Below are positions 7,698 through 17,211 of a stretch of DNA of 64,000 bases, piece by piece (positions within the stretch are counted from its first letter, which is position 1; each line of letters begins with the position of its first letter). Source of the DNA: Longimicrobiales bacterium (GTDB lineage: Bacteria > Gemmatimonadota > Gemmatimonadetes > Longimicrobiales > Gaopeijiaceae); contig OZ242008.1 of NCBI GenBank assembly GCA_965204735.1, positions 904,191 through 968,190 of the forward strand. The letters run 5' to 3'. The notes under the pieces are model-generated. The model searched no databases. It saw only the letters and a list, made by a program, of their open reading frames with translations, and had not been told where the DNA came from. Position numbers and translations under genes: made by a program.

Positions 7698-8382
7698 CCT
7701 TCTCCGGGTCGAGCTCCGTCGCAACCGCAGACACATCCTCGTAGGGCTCGGCCTAGCGGCTGCGGCTGTTCCGGTGCTGAGCCTCTTCGACCGCGCCGAC
7801 CCTTCGCCCCTGGGCGCTGTGTTGCTTGTGGCCACGATGAGCAGTGGTATTGGAGTCGTGGGCAACACGTTCAGGGACAAGTTCAACGGGCAACTCGAGT
7901 TTCTTACGACACTCCCGGTGCGCAGCAGCACTCTCGCCGCTGCCGTTTTCCTGGCAAATGCGCTGGCGTTCCTTCCCGTCCTTGCAGTTGCCACGGGCGT
8001 CGTGCACTGGGCGCTCTTGCCGAAGCTGGGTGTCGACGCCGGGGGCTGGTCGTGGGGCGCAGCTGCGGCAAGCTGGCTCCTTGTTTCGGCGTTCGCAGGC
8101 CTGAGCTGTGGGATGGTAGTACGCTTCGACATCAACAAGCTCAGTCTCGTGCCAGCTGCGGGGGTCGTCGTGGGTGTCCTGGGCGGCGATCACATCGATG
8201 GATGGGTGCGTGCCAAGGCACCGGCCGTCCTCGAGCTCGCGGCCGCCAGTGCCGACATGGCCTGGGTTCTTGGCGCGGCCGCCTTCTTTCTGCTCTTCGG
8301 CACGATGCTAGGCGCCGGCTTCTTCGTGGCTTGCCAAGGCTATGAGCGCTACCGGCCCAAGCCCGACGTCCTCGAGTGGTGA
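7675..8382 (+). CDS. ABC-2-type transporter permease (membrane component)
   Basis: It is a hydrophobic polytopic protein immediately following and overlapping the ATPase gene. The start at ATG 7675 ('MNQHHLRSLL') was chosen within ORF 7606..8382. Confidence 0.6.
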   Translation: MNQHHLRSLLRVELRRNRRHILVGLGLAAAAVPVLSLFDRADPSPLGAVLLVATMSSGIGVVGNTFRDKFNGQLEFLTTLPVRSSTLAAAVFLANALAFLPVLAVATGVVHWALLPKLGVDAGGWSWGAAAASWLLVSAFAGLSCGMVVRFDINKLSLVPAAGVVVGVLGGDHIDGWVRAKAPAVLELAAASADMAWVLGAAAFFLLFGTMLGAGFFVACQGYERYRPKPDVLEW

Positions 8383-8403
8383 GCCCCCGGCTCGATTGGC
8401 GAG

Positions 8404-10770
8404 CTACGGGCCCGGGAACGGCTCCTGCGCCGGCGTCCGACGCCAGGAGGTCAGCCCGGGAAGGGCGGCCAGCGCCGTCGTGCCTGCCACCAGCGTGCCG
8501 AGGATCACCGCCGCGCCGAAGCGCCGCGTGGGCGGAAAGTCGGAGAGGGCGAAGATTCCGAATCCGGCGACGATCACCGCGCACGCCGTCGCAATGGGCT
8601 TGGCCAAGTCGTCGCGGGCAGTGCGCCACGGGCCGCCTGGCCGCGCCGAGCCGCCGCCCAGGCGATGCACTCGCGTCACGAGGTGGATCATGGAGTCCAC
8701 ACCCATCGCCAGCGCCACGTTGGCCGCCGGCGACGTGACGATGTCCACGGCCACGCGCGCGTGCCCAAAGGCACCGAGGACGATTGCGGGAACGGCGGCC
8801 AAGCAGGCCAGCATCGCCGCGGCCGTCGCCATCGAACGGGAAACGAGAAAGCCTACCAGCAGAAAGAGACCGAGCAGGCCCCCCAGGCCCACCTTGAGGC
8901 TTCCGGCGACCAGCTTGCCCAGCCTGTCCTGCAGGTCGTACAGCCCCCCAGTGGCACTCACCGCCAGTCCGGCTCTCTCCGCCCGGCCCGCCAACCGCTC
9001 GACCACCGCCTCCCTGGGCTCCGTCCTGCCGCCCTCGATCATGCGCACCGAGTAGAGCGCCTCCCTTCGGTCTTCGCTCACGAACCCCCTGGCGATTCCG
9101 CCGAACTCGGGGCGCTCCAGGAATCCGATCAGCAGGGAGACCGGCAGGAAGTTCGCAAGCGGAAAGGTTCGGGCGTGGGCCAGGATCGGCGCCGGCGACA
9201 GCACGATGCCCGTGGCCGAGTCCGCTTCCAACGACTCCTGAAGGCGCCACATCCGACGGTAGCCCTCGTCGTTGTCGAGCCTCTCGTCGTCGGAGGACCT
9301 TACTGCAAGCAGCAGTGGACTGCTCCCTCCTTCCCGGTCGACGGCTTCGAGCCCAGGACGGATCGGCCCTCCGGAGTCGAAGTAGCTCAAGAGCCCCGGG
9401 TCCGTGTTCAGGCGGAACACTCCCGTGCCGACGAGGACCGCGAGAACTCCCATGGCGGCCAGAGGGAAAGGTCCAGGAAGGGACCACCCGGGAGGGCGTC
9501 GGCCGGTCGGCCGTTCCAACGCGTACAGGAGCGCTGGTCCCGACCCGACCCGCGCCCATGCGGGAAGGCGCCGGCCGGTCGGAGGTTCCAACCCGTCGAC
9601 GTCGTCCGCGACCGGCGCGTCCCGCCTCGTCGCCTCCGCCCGCCCCGCCGCTTCGGCCCGCCTCGTCGCGCTCGCCAGCCACCCCGGCAGCACCGCGAAC
9701 GCGCACGCCAGCGCAACCACCGTGCCCATTGCGCCTGCCGTTCCCAGCTCGCGCAACGGCTTCGCCGAGGCTGCCCACAGACTGACGAACCCCGCAAGGG
9801 TCGTGGCCATGCACCACAGCGAAGGCTTGATCGTCCGAGCCGCCGCCCGGCTCGCAGGGCACGAGGCCGATCCGGCGTCGGCATCCGGTCCGTCCCGGCT
9901 TTCGGCCCGGGCGCCCATCTCCCGACGCCACGCTGCCGTCAGGAAGACCGTGTGCGACAGCGTCAGCACGAAGGCGATCGTGACGATGTTCGCCGTCAGG
10001 AGCCCGATCCCGACGCCGGCGACCGCGGTGGCCAGCAGCGTCCCGGCGCAGGCGCAGATGCAGGACAGCATCGTGCCCGCGACGAGCCGGGCGTCTCGGT
10101 ACGCAATGGCGGCGACGAGCCCGAAGACCAGGAGCGCGGCTGCGCTGAAGACGCCCAGGTCCCGCGCGAGTCCCCGGCGGATCAGCTCCACGATCACCGG
10201 AACTCCCGACGCGAGAAGGCGGAACTCCCCGCGCTCGTGCTCGTCCAGCGCCGCTTCGATCTGCCGCGTCAGGGCCGCCGCGTCCGCTCCGTCCACCTGC
10301 AGTACCAAGTTCGTCGCGCCGGCAGGCGTCGCAGGGCCGCCTTCCTCGACGCCCCTCCTGCCCGACGGAACGAGCACGCGGCTCCACAGCGGGCTGGTCG
10401 GGTCCTGATTGGCCACGGAGAAGACTTCGCCGACGCCCGGAAGTCCTTCCAGCGCATCGCCCAGCGCAGCCACCCGATCCGCGTAGAGGGCTGCGCCGAC
10501 GTCCGGCGCCTCGGCCCGCACGATCACCAGCTCGCCGCCCCCCGAGTACCGCTCGGTCAGCTCCCGCGACTCGCGCAGCTGCGGGTCGCCGGGGGCGAAG
10601 AAGAAGTCCGCCTCCACCTGCGGAGCCAAGTCCACGCGAAGGACGACTCCGGCGACCAGCGTCGCCGCAACCACGACCGACGCAACCGGCGCAAGCCGTG
10701 GAAGTCGACGCCAGACCCACGGCAGCGGGCTCGACTGGGACCGGACGAACCGGGACACGGTGTCGACCAT
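8404..10770 (-). CDS. MMPL/RND-superfamily membrane transporter
   Basis: This is a 788-aa protein with two blocks of about 6 TM helices separated by soluble loops, the layout typical of MMPL/HpnN-like transporters. I recognised it by overall architecture only. Confidence 0.7.
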   Translation of the reverse strand: MVDTVSRFVRSQSSPLPWVWRRLPRLAPVASVVVAATLVAGVVLRVDLAPQVEADFFFAPGDPQLRESRELTERYSGGGELVIVRAEAPDVGAALYADRVAALGDALEGLPGVGEVFSVANQDPTSPLWSRVLVPSGRRGVEEGGPATPAGATNLVLQVDGADAAALTRQIEAALDEHERGEFRLLASGVPVIVELIRRGLARDLGVFSAAALLVFGLVAAIAYRDARLVAGTMLSCICACAGTLLATAVAGVGIGLLTANIVTIAFVLTLSHTVFLTAAWRREMGARAESRDGPDADAGSASCPASRAAARTIKPSLWCMATTLAGFVSLWAASAKPLRELGTAGAMGTVVALACAFAVLPGWLASATRRAEAAGRAEATRRDAPVADDVDGLEPPTGRRLPAWARVGSGPALLYALERPTGRRPPGWSLPGPFPLAAMGVLAVLVGTGVFRLNTDPGLLSYFDSGGPIRPGLEAVDREGGSSPLLLAVRSSDDERLDNDEGYRRMWRLQESLEADSATGIVLSPAPILAHARTFPLANFLPVSLLIGFLERPEFGGIARGFVSEDRREALYSVRMIEGGRTEPREAVVERLAGRAERAGLAVSATGGLYDLQDRLGKLVAGSLKVGLGGLLGLFLLVGFLVSRSMATAAAMLACLAAVPAIVLGAFGHARVAVDIVTSPAANVALAMGVDSMIHLVTRVHRLGGGSARPGGPWRTARDDLAKPIATACAVIVAGFGIFALSDFPPTRRFGAAVILGTLVAGTTALAALPGLTSWRRTPAQEPFPGP

Positions 10771-10821
10771 GGATTTCGACGCCTTGCTGGCCCCTTGAGG
10801 GGACGCCTTGCAGCCTTCTGC

Positions 10822-10888
10822 GGACGGGTCGGGGAACGGCTTGGACGGGTCGGGGAACGGCCCTTGGACGGGTCGGCGAACGGCCCCT
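10822..10888. repeat. Tandem repeat, about 22-24 bp x3 (ggacgggtcggggaacggc + 2-4 nt)
   Basis: There are three near-identical copies, at 10822-10840, 10843-10861 and 10866-10884. They lie in the divergent intergenic region between the MMPL gene and the SnoaL-like gene. Confidence 0.85.
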
Positions 10889-10954
10889 TCGCACGGCCGG
10901 AGCGCGGGCTGGACCGGAGCGCGCCGGGGTGGCTTGCGGGGCCGATTACAATAA

Positions 10955-11497
10955 GTGTATAGGCCGAAGCGATGCGACAGAGGAGGGAGGAGCGGCTTGA
11001 AGACCTTGAGGCTGGCCCTGGCAGGCGTTGCCGTCGCCGTTCTGGCGCCTGCCCTGCTCGGGGCGGCAGCGGTGCTCTCGACCGGAGCGACTCGGCCCGA
11101 CCAGGCCCGCGACCCCGAGTCCCAGGTGCGTGCCGCCGTCGTTGCGGCGCTGGAAGCCTGGACGACCGGCGACTTCGAGAGCCTGGCCGGCCACTACCGC
11201 CCGGACGCAAGAGGGTTCTTCCTCGAAGGAGCGCCTCTGGCGCGCGGCTTCGACGCGACAGCGCTGCAGCTGGCGTGGGACGCGGGGCTGCGCGCCGACA
11301 TGTCGGTCCGCGACCTGGACGTCCAAGTCCATGGAGAGACGGCTGCCTCCGTGGCCTACGTGGACGGGACCCTCGCCATGCCGGGCGGAGAGCCCCCGAT
11401 CGCCGGCACCTGGCGCTACTCCGAGGTGCGGATCGCCTCCGACGGCGCCTGGAAGGTCGTCCAGTACCACTTCTCGCGTCTTGCCGAAACGCCCTGA
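10955..11497 (+). CDS. SnoaL-like/DUF4440 (NTF2-fold) protein with signal peptide
   Basis: It has 'VRAAVVAALEAWTTGDFESLAGHYRPDA...WRYSEVRIASDGAWKVVQYHFS'. The start is uncertain; a TTG near 10997 with RBS ggaggag is an alternative. Confidence 0.6.
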   Translation: MYRPKRCDRGGRSGLKTLRLALAGVAVAVLAPALLGAAAVLSTGATRPDQARDPESQVRAAVVAALEAWTTGDFESLAGHYRPDARGFFLEGAPLARGFDATALQLAWDAGLRADMSVRDLDVQVHGETAASVAYVDGTLAMPGGEPPIAGTWRYSEVRIASDGAWKVVQYHFSRLAETP

Positions 11498-11523
11498 CGC
11501 TACCCCGCCCGACGGACCCGGCC

Positions 11524-13278
11524 ATGTCTGAAACCGATCTGACCCCTCTCGAAGCCTTTCTCGCCGACACCTCCGTCGATCTTGGATGGAGTCTTGTCCA
11601 GCGCTATTCGGTCCTCGTGCGGGAGTCCGGCACGCCGGACGAGCGCGACGCGGCCAACTTCGTCATCACGCAGCTGCGCGAGCGGGAGATCCGCGTCGAG
11701 GTTCACCAGCCCGACCTCTACCTGTCCGTTCCCGTCAGCGCGTCCGTGAGCGCGGCCGGGGCGGAGTTCGAGGCCAAGGCGCCTTCGTTCTCGGCGTCCA
11801 CCACGGCAAGGGGACTCGCCCGCAAGCCCGTCTTCGTCTCGGCGAAGCCGGCCGAGGAGACCGACGACATCCTCGAGGACGACAACGCCGACCCGCCGCC
11901 GGACGTGAAGGACAAGATCGTGGTCACCGAGGGCTACCCGACGCCGGTCTCCGTGGCCAAGTACGAAGCCGCCGGCGCCGCCGGCCAGATCTACATCAAC
12001 CCGGGCACGCGCATCCACTGGGGCACCTGCACCACCATATGGGGCTCACCCGGCGACTCGCAGCGGGATCAGCGGCCCAAGACCCCCGTCGCGGCGATCA
12101 GCCGGCTCGACGGCAACAAGCTCGTCGCCGCCATCGAGGACGGCCTGGACAAGGTCAATGTGCGCACCGAGCTGCGGGAGGGGTGGTCGCAATGTCTCGT
12201 GCCCGTGGCGCGAATCGACGGCAAGACGGACGAGTTCGTCCTGGTGCACGGACACTACGACTCGTGGGACGTGGGGATCGGCGACAACGCAGTGGGCGAC
12301 GCGACCCTGCTCGAGCTCGCCCGGATCTTCCACGAGAAGCGGGACCGCATGCGCCGCTCCCTCCGGGTCGCGTGGTGGCCGGCTCACTCCACGGGACGCT
12401 ACGCGGGCTCGGCTTGGTACGCCGACGCCTTCGCCCACGAACTCTCCCGACTCTGCGTCGCCACCGTCAACATCGACTCCCCGGGTTGCTGGCAGGCCAC
12501 GGAGTACGACGAGGTGCCCTGGATGGCCGAGGCGGGGTCGGTCTGCCGCGAAGCGATCAAGTCCGTGGCGGGCGTGGAACCCCAGGGTCGGCGTCCGCCG
12601 CGCGCCGGCGACTACTCCTTCAACCAGCTGGGGCTCACGTCGTTCTTCATGCTCCTTTCCAACATTCCTGCGGAGGAGCGGGCCCGCCTGGGCTTCTACC
12701 CCGTGGGAGGGTGCGGCGGCAACATCGTCTGGCACACGGAGAAGGACCGACTGGACGTTGCCGACCGGACCAACCTGGAACGCGACTTGCGGGTGTACGT
12801 CACGGCCGTCGGGCGCTTCCTTGCCGACGAAGTGCTGCCCCTGGACTTCCGAAAGACCGCCGAAGAGCTCGGCGAGGCCCTGGCAGGCTACGAGCCGAAG
12901 GTCGACAAGAAGGTTCTCTCGCTCCTTCCCCTGCGCAAGGAGTTCGAGAAGTTTCGCACCCAGCTGAACACCTTCTACGAACGAGTCGAGGCTGGGAGCA
13001 TCAAGCCCTCGGTGGCAAACGAGGCCATCATGGAGCTTTCCCGCGCCTTGGTCCACCTGGGGTATGCCGAAGGAGGCCGGTTCGAGCACGATTCGGCCAC
13101 GCCCAAGGTTCCCATTCCCAAGTTGGCCCGAATCCACGACCTGGCCCAAGCGGAGGAGTCGGAGCCCGAACGCGTGCCCTTCATCTACACCGAGCTTCGC
13201 CGCCAGCTCAACAAGGTCTTCGATCTTCTCTACCGAGCATCGCAGGCGGTGGCTCGGGCGAACAAGCAGGCGACATGA
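11524..13278 (+). CDS. M28-family metallopeptidase (aminopeptidase-like, PA domain)
   Basis: It has 'VHGHYDSWDVGIGDNAVGDATLLELARIF' (metal-ligand context) and 'WWPAHSTGRYAGSAWY'. The start is at ATG 11524. Confidence 0.75.
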   Translation: MSETDLTPLEAFLADTSVDLGWSLVQRYSVLVRESGTPDERDAANFVITQLREREIRVEVHQPDLYLSVPVSASVSAAGAEFEAKAPSFSASTTARGLARKPVFVSAKPAEETDDILEDDNADPPPDVKDKIVVTEGYPTPVSVAKYEAAGAAGQIYINPGTRIHWGTCTTIWGSPGDSQRDQRPKTPVAAISRLDGNKLVAAIEDGLDKVNVRTELREGWSQCLVPVARIDGKTDEFVLVHGHYDSWDVGIGDNAVGDATLLELARIFHEKRDRMRRSLRVAWWPAHSTGRYAGSAWYADAFAHELSRLCVATVNIDSPGCWQATEYDEVPWMAEAGSVCREAIKSVAGVEPQGRRPPRAGDYSFNQLGLTSFFMLLSNIPAEERARLGFYPVGGCGGNIVWHTEKDRLDVADRTNLERDLRVYVTAVGRFLADEVLPLDFRKTAEELGEALAGYEPKVDKKVLSLLPLRKEFEKFRTQLNTFYERVEAGSIKPSVANEAIMELSRALVHLGYAEGGRFEHDSATPKVPIPKLARIHDLAQAEESEPERVPFIYTELRRQLNKVFDLLYRASQAVARANKQAT

Positions 13279-14339
13279 CGGCGCGGAGCGCGTTCCTGCT
13301 GTCGGCGGTCGCGCTTGGGGCGCCCGGGGCGTCCCTCGGCCAGGAACAGGAACGCGTGTACGTGGCCAACCAGGCGTCGGCCAGCGTCTCGGTCGTCGAC
13401 GCCGCCAGCGGCGAAGTCGTGGAGACGATCGACTTGACCCGCTACGGCTTCGACGGCGACTCCCGGCCCCACCACACGGCGGCAGCCCCCGACGGAAGCC
13501 ACTGGTACGTCTCCTTGATCGGCGGCGGCCACGTCCTGCGCTTCGACGCCGACAACCGGCTCGTGGACCAAGTCCCCTTCGAGACGCCCGGGCTGCTGGC
13601 GGTCGACCGGGACTCGCACCGCCTCTACGTGGGCCGCTCGATGATGGCGGTGAACCCGCCCCGGCGGATCGGCGCAATCGACCGGCGGGACATGTCCATC
13701 GAAGAGGTGGACGTGTTCTTTCCGCGCCCCCACGCGTTGGCCGTCGATCCCCAGGGGGACCGGGTCTACGCGGCTTCGCTGGTCGAGAACCGGATCGCAG
13801 TGCTGAACGGCGCCTCCGGCGAGCTCGAGCTGGTGGACGTGGAAGGACCCGCCCACACCTTCGTGCAGTTCGCCCTCTCGCCCGACCGGAGCACTTTGGT
13901 CGCCACCGCCCAGCTTACCGGCAAGCTGCTGGTCTTTGACGCCTCGGGAAGCCGCCTGGAGCTCGTCCGTCAAGTGGACGTGGGAACCCAGCCGTGGCAT
14001 CCCGTCTTCTCGCCCGACGGCGCCCGCGTCTACTTCGGGGCCAAGGACGACGACGCCGTGGTGGTCGTGGACGCGGGAACGTGGAGCGTGGCGGAACGGA
14101 TCGAGGCGCCGGGGATCGTCGAGCCCCACGGCAGCGCGGTCACCGCGGACGGGCGCTGGCTCTTCGTCTCCAACCGCAACCTGAAGGGGACCTACGCTCC
14201 CCGGAGGGCCGCGGAGAAGAACTCGGACGTGGGGACGGTCGTGAAGATCGACACGCGAACCTTGACGGTGGTCCAAACGATCGAAGTGGGCGCCTATCCG
14301 GCGGGGATCTCCATTGCGCCGACGGGCGGGGGCGGATGA
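13275..14339 (+). CDS. YVTN/YncE-like beta-propeller repeat protein, secreted
   Basis: It has a signal peptide 'MTARSAFLLSAVALGAPGASLG'. Motifs of the form 'RVYVANQASASVSVVD', 'RLYVG' and 'RVYAAS' recur. The ATG overlaps the upstream stop. Confidence 0.7.
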   Translation: MTARSAFLLSAVALGAPGASLGQEQERVYVANQASASVSVVDAASGEVVETIDLTRYGFDGDSRPHHTAAAPDGSHWYVSLIGGGHVLRFDADNRLVDQVPFETPGLLAVDRDSHRLYVGRSMMAVNPPRRIGAIDRRDMSIEEVDVFFPRPHALAVDPQGDRVYAASLVENRIAVLNGASGELELVDVEGPAHTFVQFALSPDRSTLVATAQLTGKLLVFDASGSRLELVRQVDVGTQPWHPVFSPDGARVYFGAKDDDAVVVVDAGTWSVAERIEAPGIVEPHGSAVTADGRWLFVSNRNLKGTYAPRRAAEKNSDVGTVVKIDTRTLTVVQTIEVGAYPAGISIAPTGGGG

Positions 14340-16291
14340 GGCTTCGGCGGCCCCCGGTCGTTCCGCCGTTCGAGCCCAGGCGCGCCCTTCTGCTCGGCGT
14401 CCTCGGCGTGGCGTCCTCGGCGTTGGCGTGCGGACCACCCTCCCCGCCGCCCGGCGCGCCAACTCCCGCGTCTCCCACGTGGGAAAGAGTCGTGTACGAC
14501 ATCGAAGTCGTCGACTCCGCCGGCCGGCGGATCGCCCACCCCTTCCTCGGCGGGCTCAACTTGCCCCGGCCTCAGCTGGCCGACGCCGACGGGGACGGCG
14601 ACCTGGACCTGTTCGTGCAGGAAGCTTCGGATCAGGTCATGTACTTCGAGAACGCGGCGGAGAGGCCGATGACGGGGGCGGGCCGAGGGACGCCCGAGTA
14701 CCGCTGGGTCACCGACGCCTTCGGGGACCTCTCGGTGGGGGAGTGGTACCGCTTCGCCGACGTGGACCTGGACGGCGACCTGGACCTTCTGGCCGAGGAG
14801 CCGTTCAGCCGCATCCGCTTCTACCGCAACGACGGCGGCTCCGGCTCCGCGTCGTACGTGCTCGCGGCCGACACGCTCAGGGACGTGGACGGAGAGGCGA
14901 TATTCTCCGACCGCCAGAACATACCCAACGCCGCCGACATAGACTGCGACGGACGCCTGGACCTGCTGATCGGACGCTTGACGGGGACGATCACCCGCTA
15001 CGAGGCCGAGGGCGCCGACGAGGACGGGGTACCCCGCTTCCGCCACGTCACCGACTCCTTCGAGGGCATCGAGATCGTCGGCGCCCTGCAGGGAAGCCGC
15101 CACGGCGCGAACACGATGGCGCTGGGCGACGTGGACCAGGACGGGGACTACGACCTCTTCTGGGGCGACTTCTTCGAGGCGGGCCTGCTCTACATCGAGA
15201 ACACGGGCACGTGCGCCCGCCCCGTGCTGCGGGGGGCTCCTCGTCCCTTTCCTCTCCGCGCTCCGGTGGCCACTTCCGGCTACAACGCCCCGGCGCTGGG
15301 CGACGCCGACGGGGACGGGGACGTGGACTTGGTCATGGGCGTGCTGGGAGGTGCCTTCAACCCCAACCGCACCACGGTGGACAACCTCCACCTCTTCGAG
15401 CAGGACGACGAGGGCGGCTTCACGGCCGCGACCTCGCGGCTCCTCCCCGCGCTGGACGTGGGCAGCGAGTCCCTGCCCGCGCTCTCGGACCTGGACGGCG
15501 ACGGCGACCTGGACCTCCTGGTCGCGAACAAGATCGAGCCCACGAGCACGCGGACGGGAGCCCTGTACGCGTTCGAGAACACCGGCTCCCGGGAGGCTCC
15601 AGCCTTCGCCGCCCGCGGCGCGGCTCCCGGACTTCCCGAAGCGTACCACTACGCCCCCGCCTTCGGCGACCTGGACGGCGACGGTGACGAAGACCTCCTC
15701 CTGGGCCAGTGGCGGGATCGCGTCGCGTACTACCGGAACGACGGCCCCGGCCCGGGGCTGCTGCCTCGGTGGACCCTGGCGGACTCGGCGGCCGCCGTCC
15801 TCACCCGCGGCCGCAACACCACCCCCGCCCTGGGCGACCTGGACCGCGACGGCGATCTGGACCTCCTGGTCGGCGAGGCGTCCGGCGTCCTCAACTACTA
15901 CCGGAACGAAGGCGGCCCGACGGCGCCACGCTTCCAGCTGGTGACGGACCGCTTTCTGGAGATCGACGTGGGCCGGCGCAGCGTTCCCGCCCTGGTCGAC
16001 CTCGACGGCGACGGCGACCTGGACTTGGCGGTGGGCACGGAGGCTTCCGGCCTGCGGCTCTTCTTGAACGAGGGCGCCGCCGCCGGAGCGCCCAGCCGCA
16101 GCCGCGCTGCTCGCCCTGTCGGCGCTGCCGCCGACCCGCTCTTCGTCGAGACGGCGCCTTTCGGTCCCGACGTGCCGGCGTTCGCGACGCCCGCCTTCGC
16201 CGACATCGACGGCGACGGCGACCTGGACTTGGTCCTCGGCGGAGCGGGAGGCGGGCTCGTCGTGTACCGGCGAGCCGGGGCCGTTCCGTGA
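14336..16291 (+). CDS. FG-GAP/VCBS repeat lipoprotein (CRTAC1/ASPIC-like)
   Basis: It has a lipobox-like 'LLLGVLGVASSALAC'. There are at least 8 repeats of 'GD(L/V)D(G/R)DGDLDL'. The ATG overlaps the upstream TGA at 14336-14339. Confidence 0.8.
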   Translation: MRLRRPPVVPPFEPRRALLLGVLGVASSALACGPPSPPPGAPTPASPTWERVVYDIEVVDSAGRRIAHPFLGGLNLPRPQLADADGDGDLDLFVQEASDQVMYFENAAERPMTGAGRGTPEYRWVTDAFGDLSVGEWYRFADVDLDGDLDLLAEEPFSRIRFYRNDGGSGSASYVLAADTLRDVDGEAIFSDRQNIPNAADIDCDGRLDLLIGRLTGTITRYEAEGADEDGVPRFRHVTDSFEGIEIVGALQGSRHGANTMALGDVDQDGDYDLFWGDFFEAGLLYIENTGTCARPVLRGAPRPFPLRAPVATSGYNAPALGDADGDGDVDLVMGVLGGAFNPNRTTVDNLHLFEQDDEGGFTAATSRLLPALDVGSESLPALSDLDGDGDLDLLVANKIEPTSTRTGALYAFENTGSREAPAFAARGAAPGLPEAYHYAPAFGDLDGDGDEDLLLGQWRDRVAYYRNDGPGPGLLPRWTLADSAAAVLTRGRNTTPALGDLDRDGDLDLLVGEASGVLNYYRNEGGPTAPRFQLVTDRFLEIDVGRRSVPALVDLDGDGDLDLAVGTEASGLRLFLNEGAAAGAPSRSRAARPVGAAADPLFVETAPFGPDVPAFATPAFADIDGDGDLDLVLGGAGGGLVVYRRAGAVP

Positions 16292-16800
16292 ACCTTGCCG
16301 ACGTGCTGGCCGTCATCGAGAGCGCCAAGGTGCGGGACGAAGGGCGGCTGGAGGAGTTCGTCCGCGTCAAGGCGCCGCTGGCCACCCAGGAAGAGGTCGT
16401 CCAGGCGGCGGAGCTCGCCGTCGAGGTGATCGACACGGTGCCCGTGCTCCTCGCCCGCGCGGCCCAGGCCGCGAATCAACGGCGACTGGCCGTGGTGGTC
16501 ATGCCCCTCCTCGACCATGCCGCCCGGTACTTCGTGGACCCGGTGGACCTGATCCCGGAGATGACCCAGGGGCTGGCCGGCCTCCTCGACGACACGTACT
16601 TGGCCCTACGCATCCTCCAAAACCTGAACCGCGGACCCGAGCCCCTCTTCGATGCCGAGTTCGAGGAGCCTCTCCGCTTCCTCCGACGCTTGGTGGGCCG
16701 CGAGATCAGCCGCAAGCTGGACGCCGCGTCGATCTTCGCCCTGCAGGACGTTTCGACGGAGGTGGGCCGGGCGTGGGCGGCGATGGGACGCCAGTCGTAG
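16288..16800 (+). CDS. Hypothetical protein (weak DUF1232-like motif)
   Basis: The GTG overlaps the upstream TGA at 16288-16291. The motif 'DLIPEMTQGLAGLLDDTYL' loosely resembles the DUF1232 signature. Confidence 0.45.
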   Translation: MNLADVLAVIESAKVRDEGRLEEFVRVKAPLATQEEVVQAAELAVEVIDTVPVLLARAAQAANQRRLAVVVMPLLDHAARYFVDPVDLIPEMTQGLAGLLDDTYLALRILQNLNRGPEPLFDAEFEEPLRFLRRLVGREISRKLDAASIFALQDVSTEVGRAWAAMGRQS

Positions 16801-16932
16801 AGACGACCCGTTGCCCGTTCCCGCGGACCCGTTGCCCGTCCCCGCGATGGAACAGACGTTGAACCACTGTCGTAGAACCCTGAGATGGGCGACCTTGCTG
16901 GTGCGCAGCGTTCCACAAGACTGGGAGGCGAC

Positions 16933-17211
16933 ATGCTGATCATCGAGATGGCCGTCGGCGGGGCGGCAGCACTCTTCGGCCACGTGAAGTCGAAGGACTT
17001 CGTGCGCCGCCGGCTCCGCTACACGAGCGTGGTCGAGAAGCCGAGCGTCGGGATGGGGGTGGCGGCCGGCGCGGTCACCGCGGCGGGCGTGGCCGCCCTG
17101 CCCTTTGTGGGCATGCTGCCCATAGGACTGCTCGTCGGCGCCGGCGTGGGAACGGGCGTCGCCGCCGGGATCAAGCACGCGCGCAAGGGCGGGCCGTCGG
17201 ACGGATCGTGA
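16933..17211 (+). CDS. Small Gly/Ala-rich membrane protein (hypothetical)
   Basis: RBS gggagg precedes ATG 16933. Two hydrophobic segments are present. The stop overlaps the start of the MFS gene. Confidence 0.35.
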   Translation: MLIIEMAVGGAAALFGHVKSKDFVRRRLRYTSVVEKPSVGMGVAAGAVTAAGVAALPFVGMLPIGLLVGAGVGTGVAAGIKHARKGGPSDGS

